From NCBI GenBank assembly GCA_965369865.1, contig CBDURU010000084.1:1-16564 (forward strand): DNA of 16,564 nt, in the 5' to 3' direction. Of this stretch, positions 16,379-16,564 are shown in pieces. Under the pieces are notes generated by a model. It saw only the letters and a program-made list of their open reading frames with translations. It made no database searches and was not told the DNA's origin. Positions within the stretch are counted from its first letter, which is position 1. Each line of letters begins with the position of its first letter. Source of the DNA: an uncultured bacterium. GTDB taxonomy: Bacteria > JAJVIF01 > JAPKYR01. A program made the position numbers and the translations under genes.

Positions 16379-16458
16379 CTATACATAAATTTTTCTCACT
16401 TCTACAATATTGAACATTAGTTTTCCGGAAAAACTTCTCGATTTACCGGGTAATTTTT

Positions 16459-16564
16459 TCAGATCAGGGGACTCTCGGATCAGGGGACTCTCAGATCAGG
16501 GGACTCTCAGATCAGGGGACTCTCGGATCAGGGGACTCTCGGATCAGGGGACTCTCGGATCAGG
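16459..16564. repeat. 16-bp tandem repeat (RGATCAGGGGACTCTC)n, 6 full units plus a partial unit, truncated by the window edge
   Basis: Units begin at 16461, 16477, 16493, 16509, 16525, 16541 and 16557; they differ only by A/G at the first position. Confidence 0.97.

Noticed and set aside
16459..16564. CRISPR array at the right edge
   Set aside because: Units are 16 bp, directly abutting, with no unique spacers and no cas genes.

Overview
Bacterial chromosomal window dominated by sulfur-handling genes. Left: a >789-aa lipoprotein with a C-terminal LVIVD-type repeat (beta-propeller) region that runs off the left edge and is absent from the ORF track, plus two uncharacterised membrane proteins behind a perfect sigma70 promoter. 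Centre, minus strand: a tightly coupled four-gene operon of cysteine desulfurase, two-cysteine DsrC-type sulfur carrier, NarI/DsrM-like membrane protein apparently lacking its distal-heme ligands, and DsrK/HmcF-like CCG Fe-S protein; dsrAB and dsrJOP are absent from the window. A ~275-nt intergenic segment with extensive nested base-pairing (candidate unannotated structured RNA) separates this operon from divergent trxA, iscS and an orphan gene. Next come a convergent cysteine-synthase-family gene with a ~97-aa N-terminal extension and a CHASE-PAS-PAS hybrid histidine kinase. Two REP-like inverted-repeat elements and a 16-bp tandem array (running off the right edge) are present. The best candidates for new biology are the desulfurase-DsrC-DsrMK-like module and the structured RNA upstream of it. 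All calls come from manual reading; no searches or folding programs were run.
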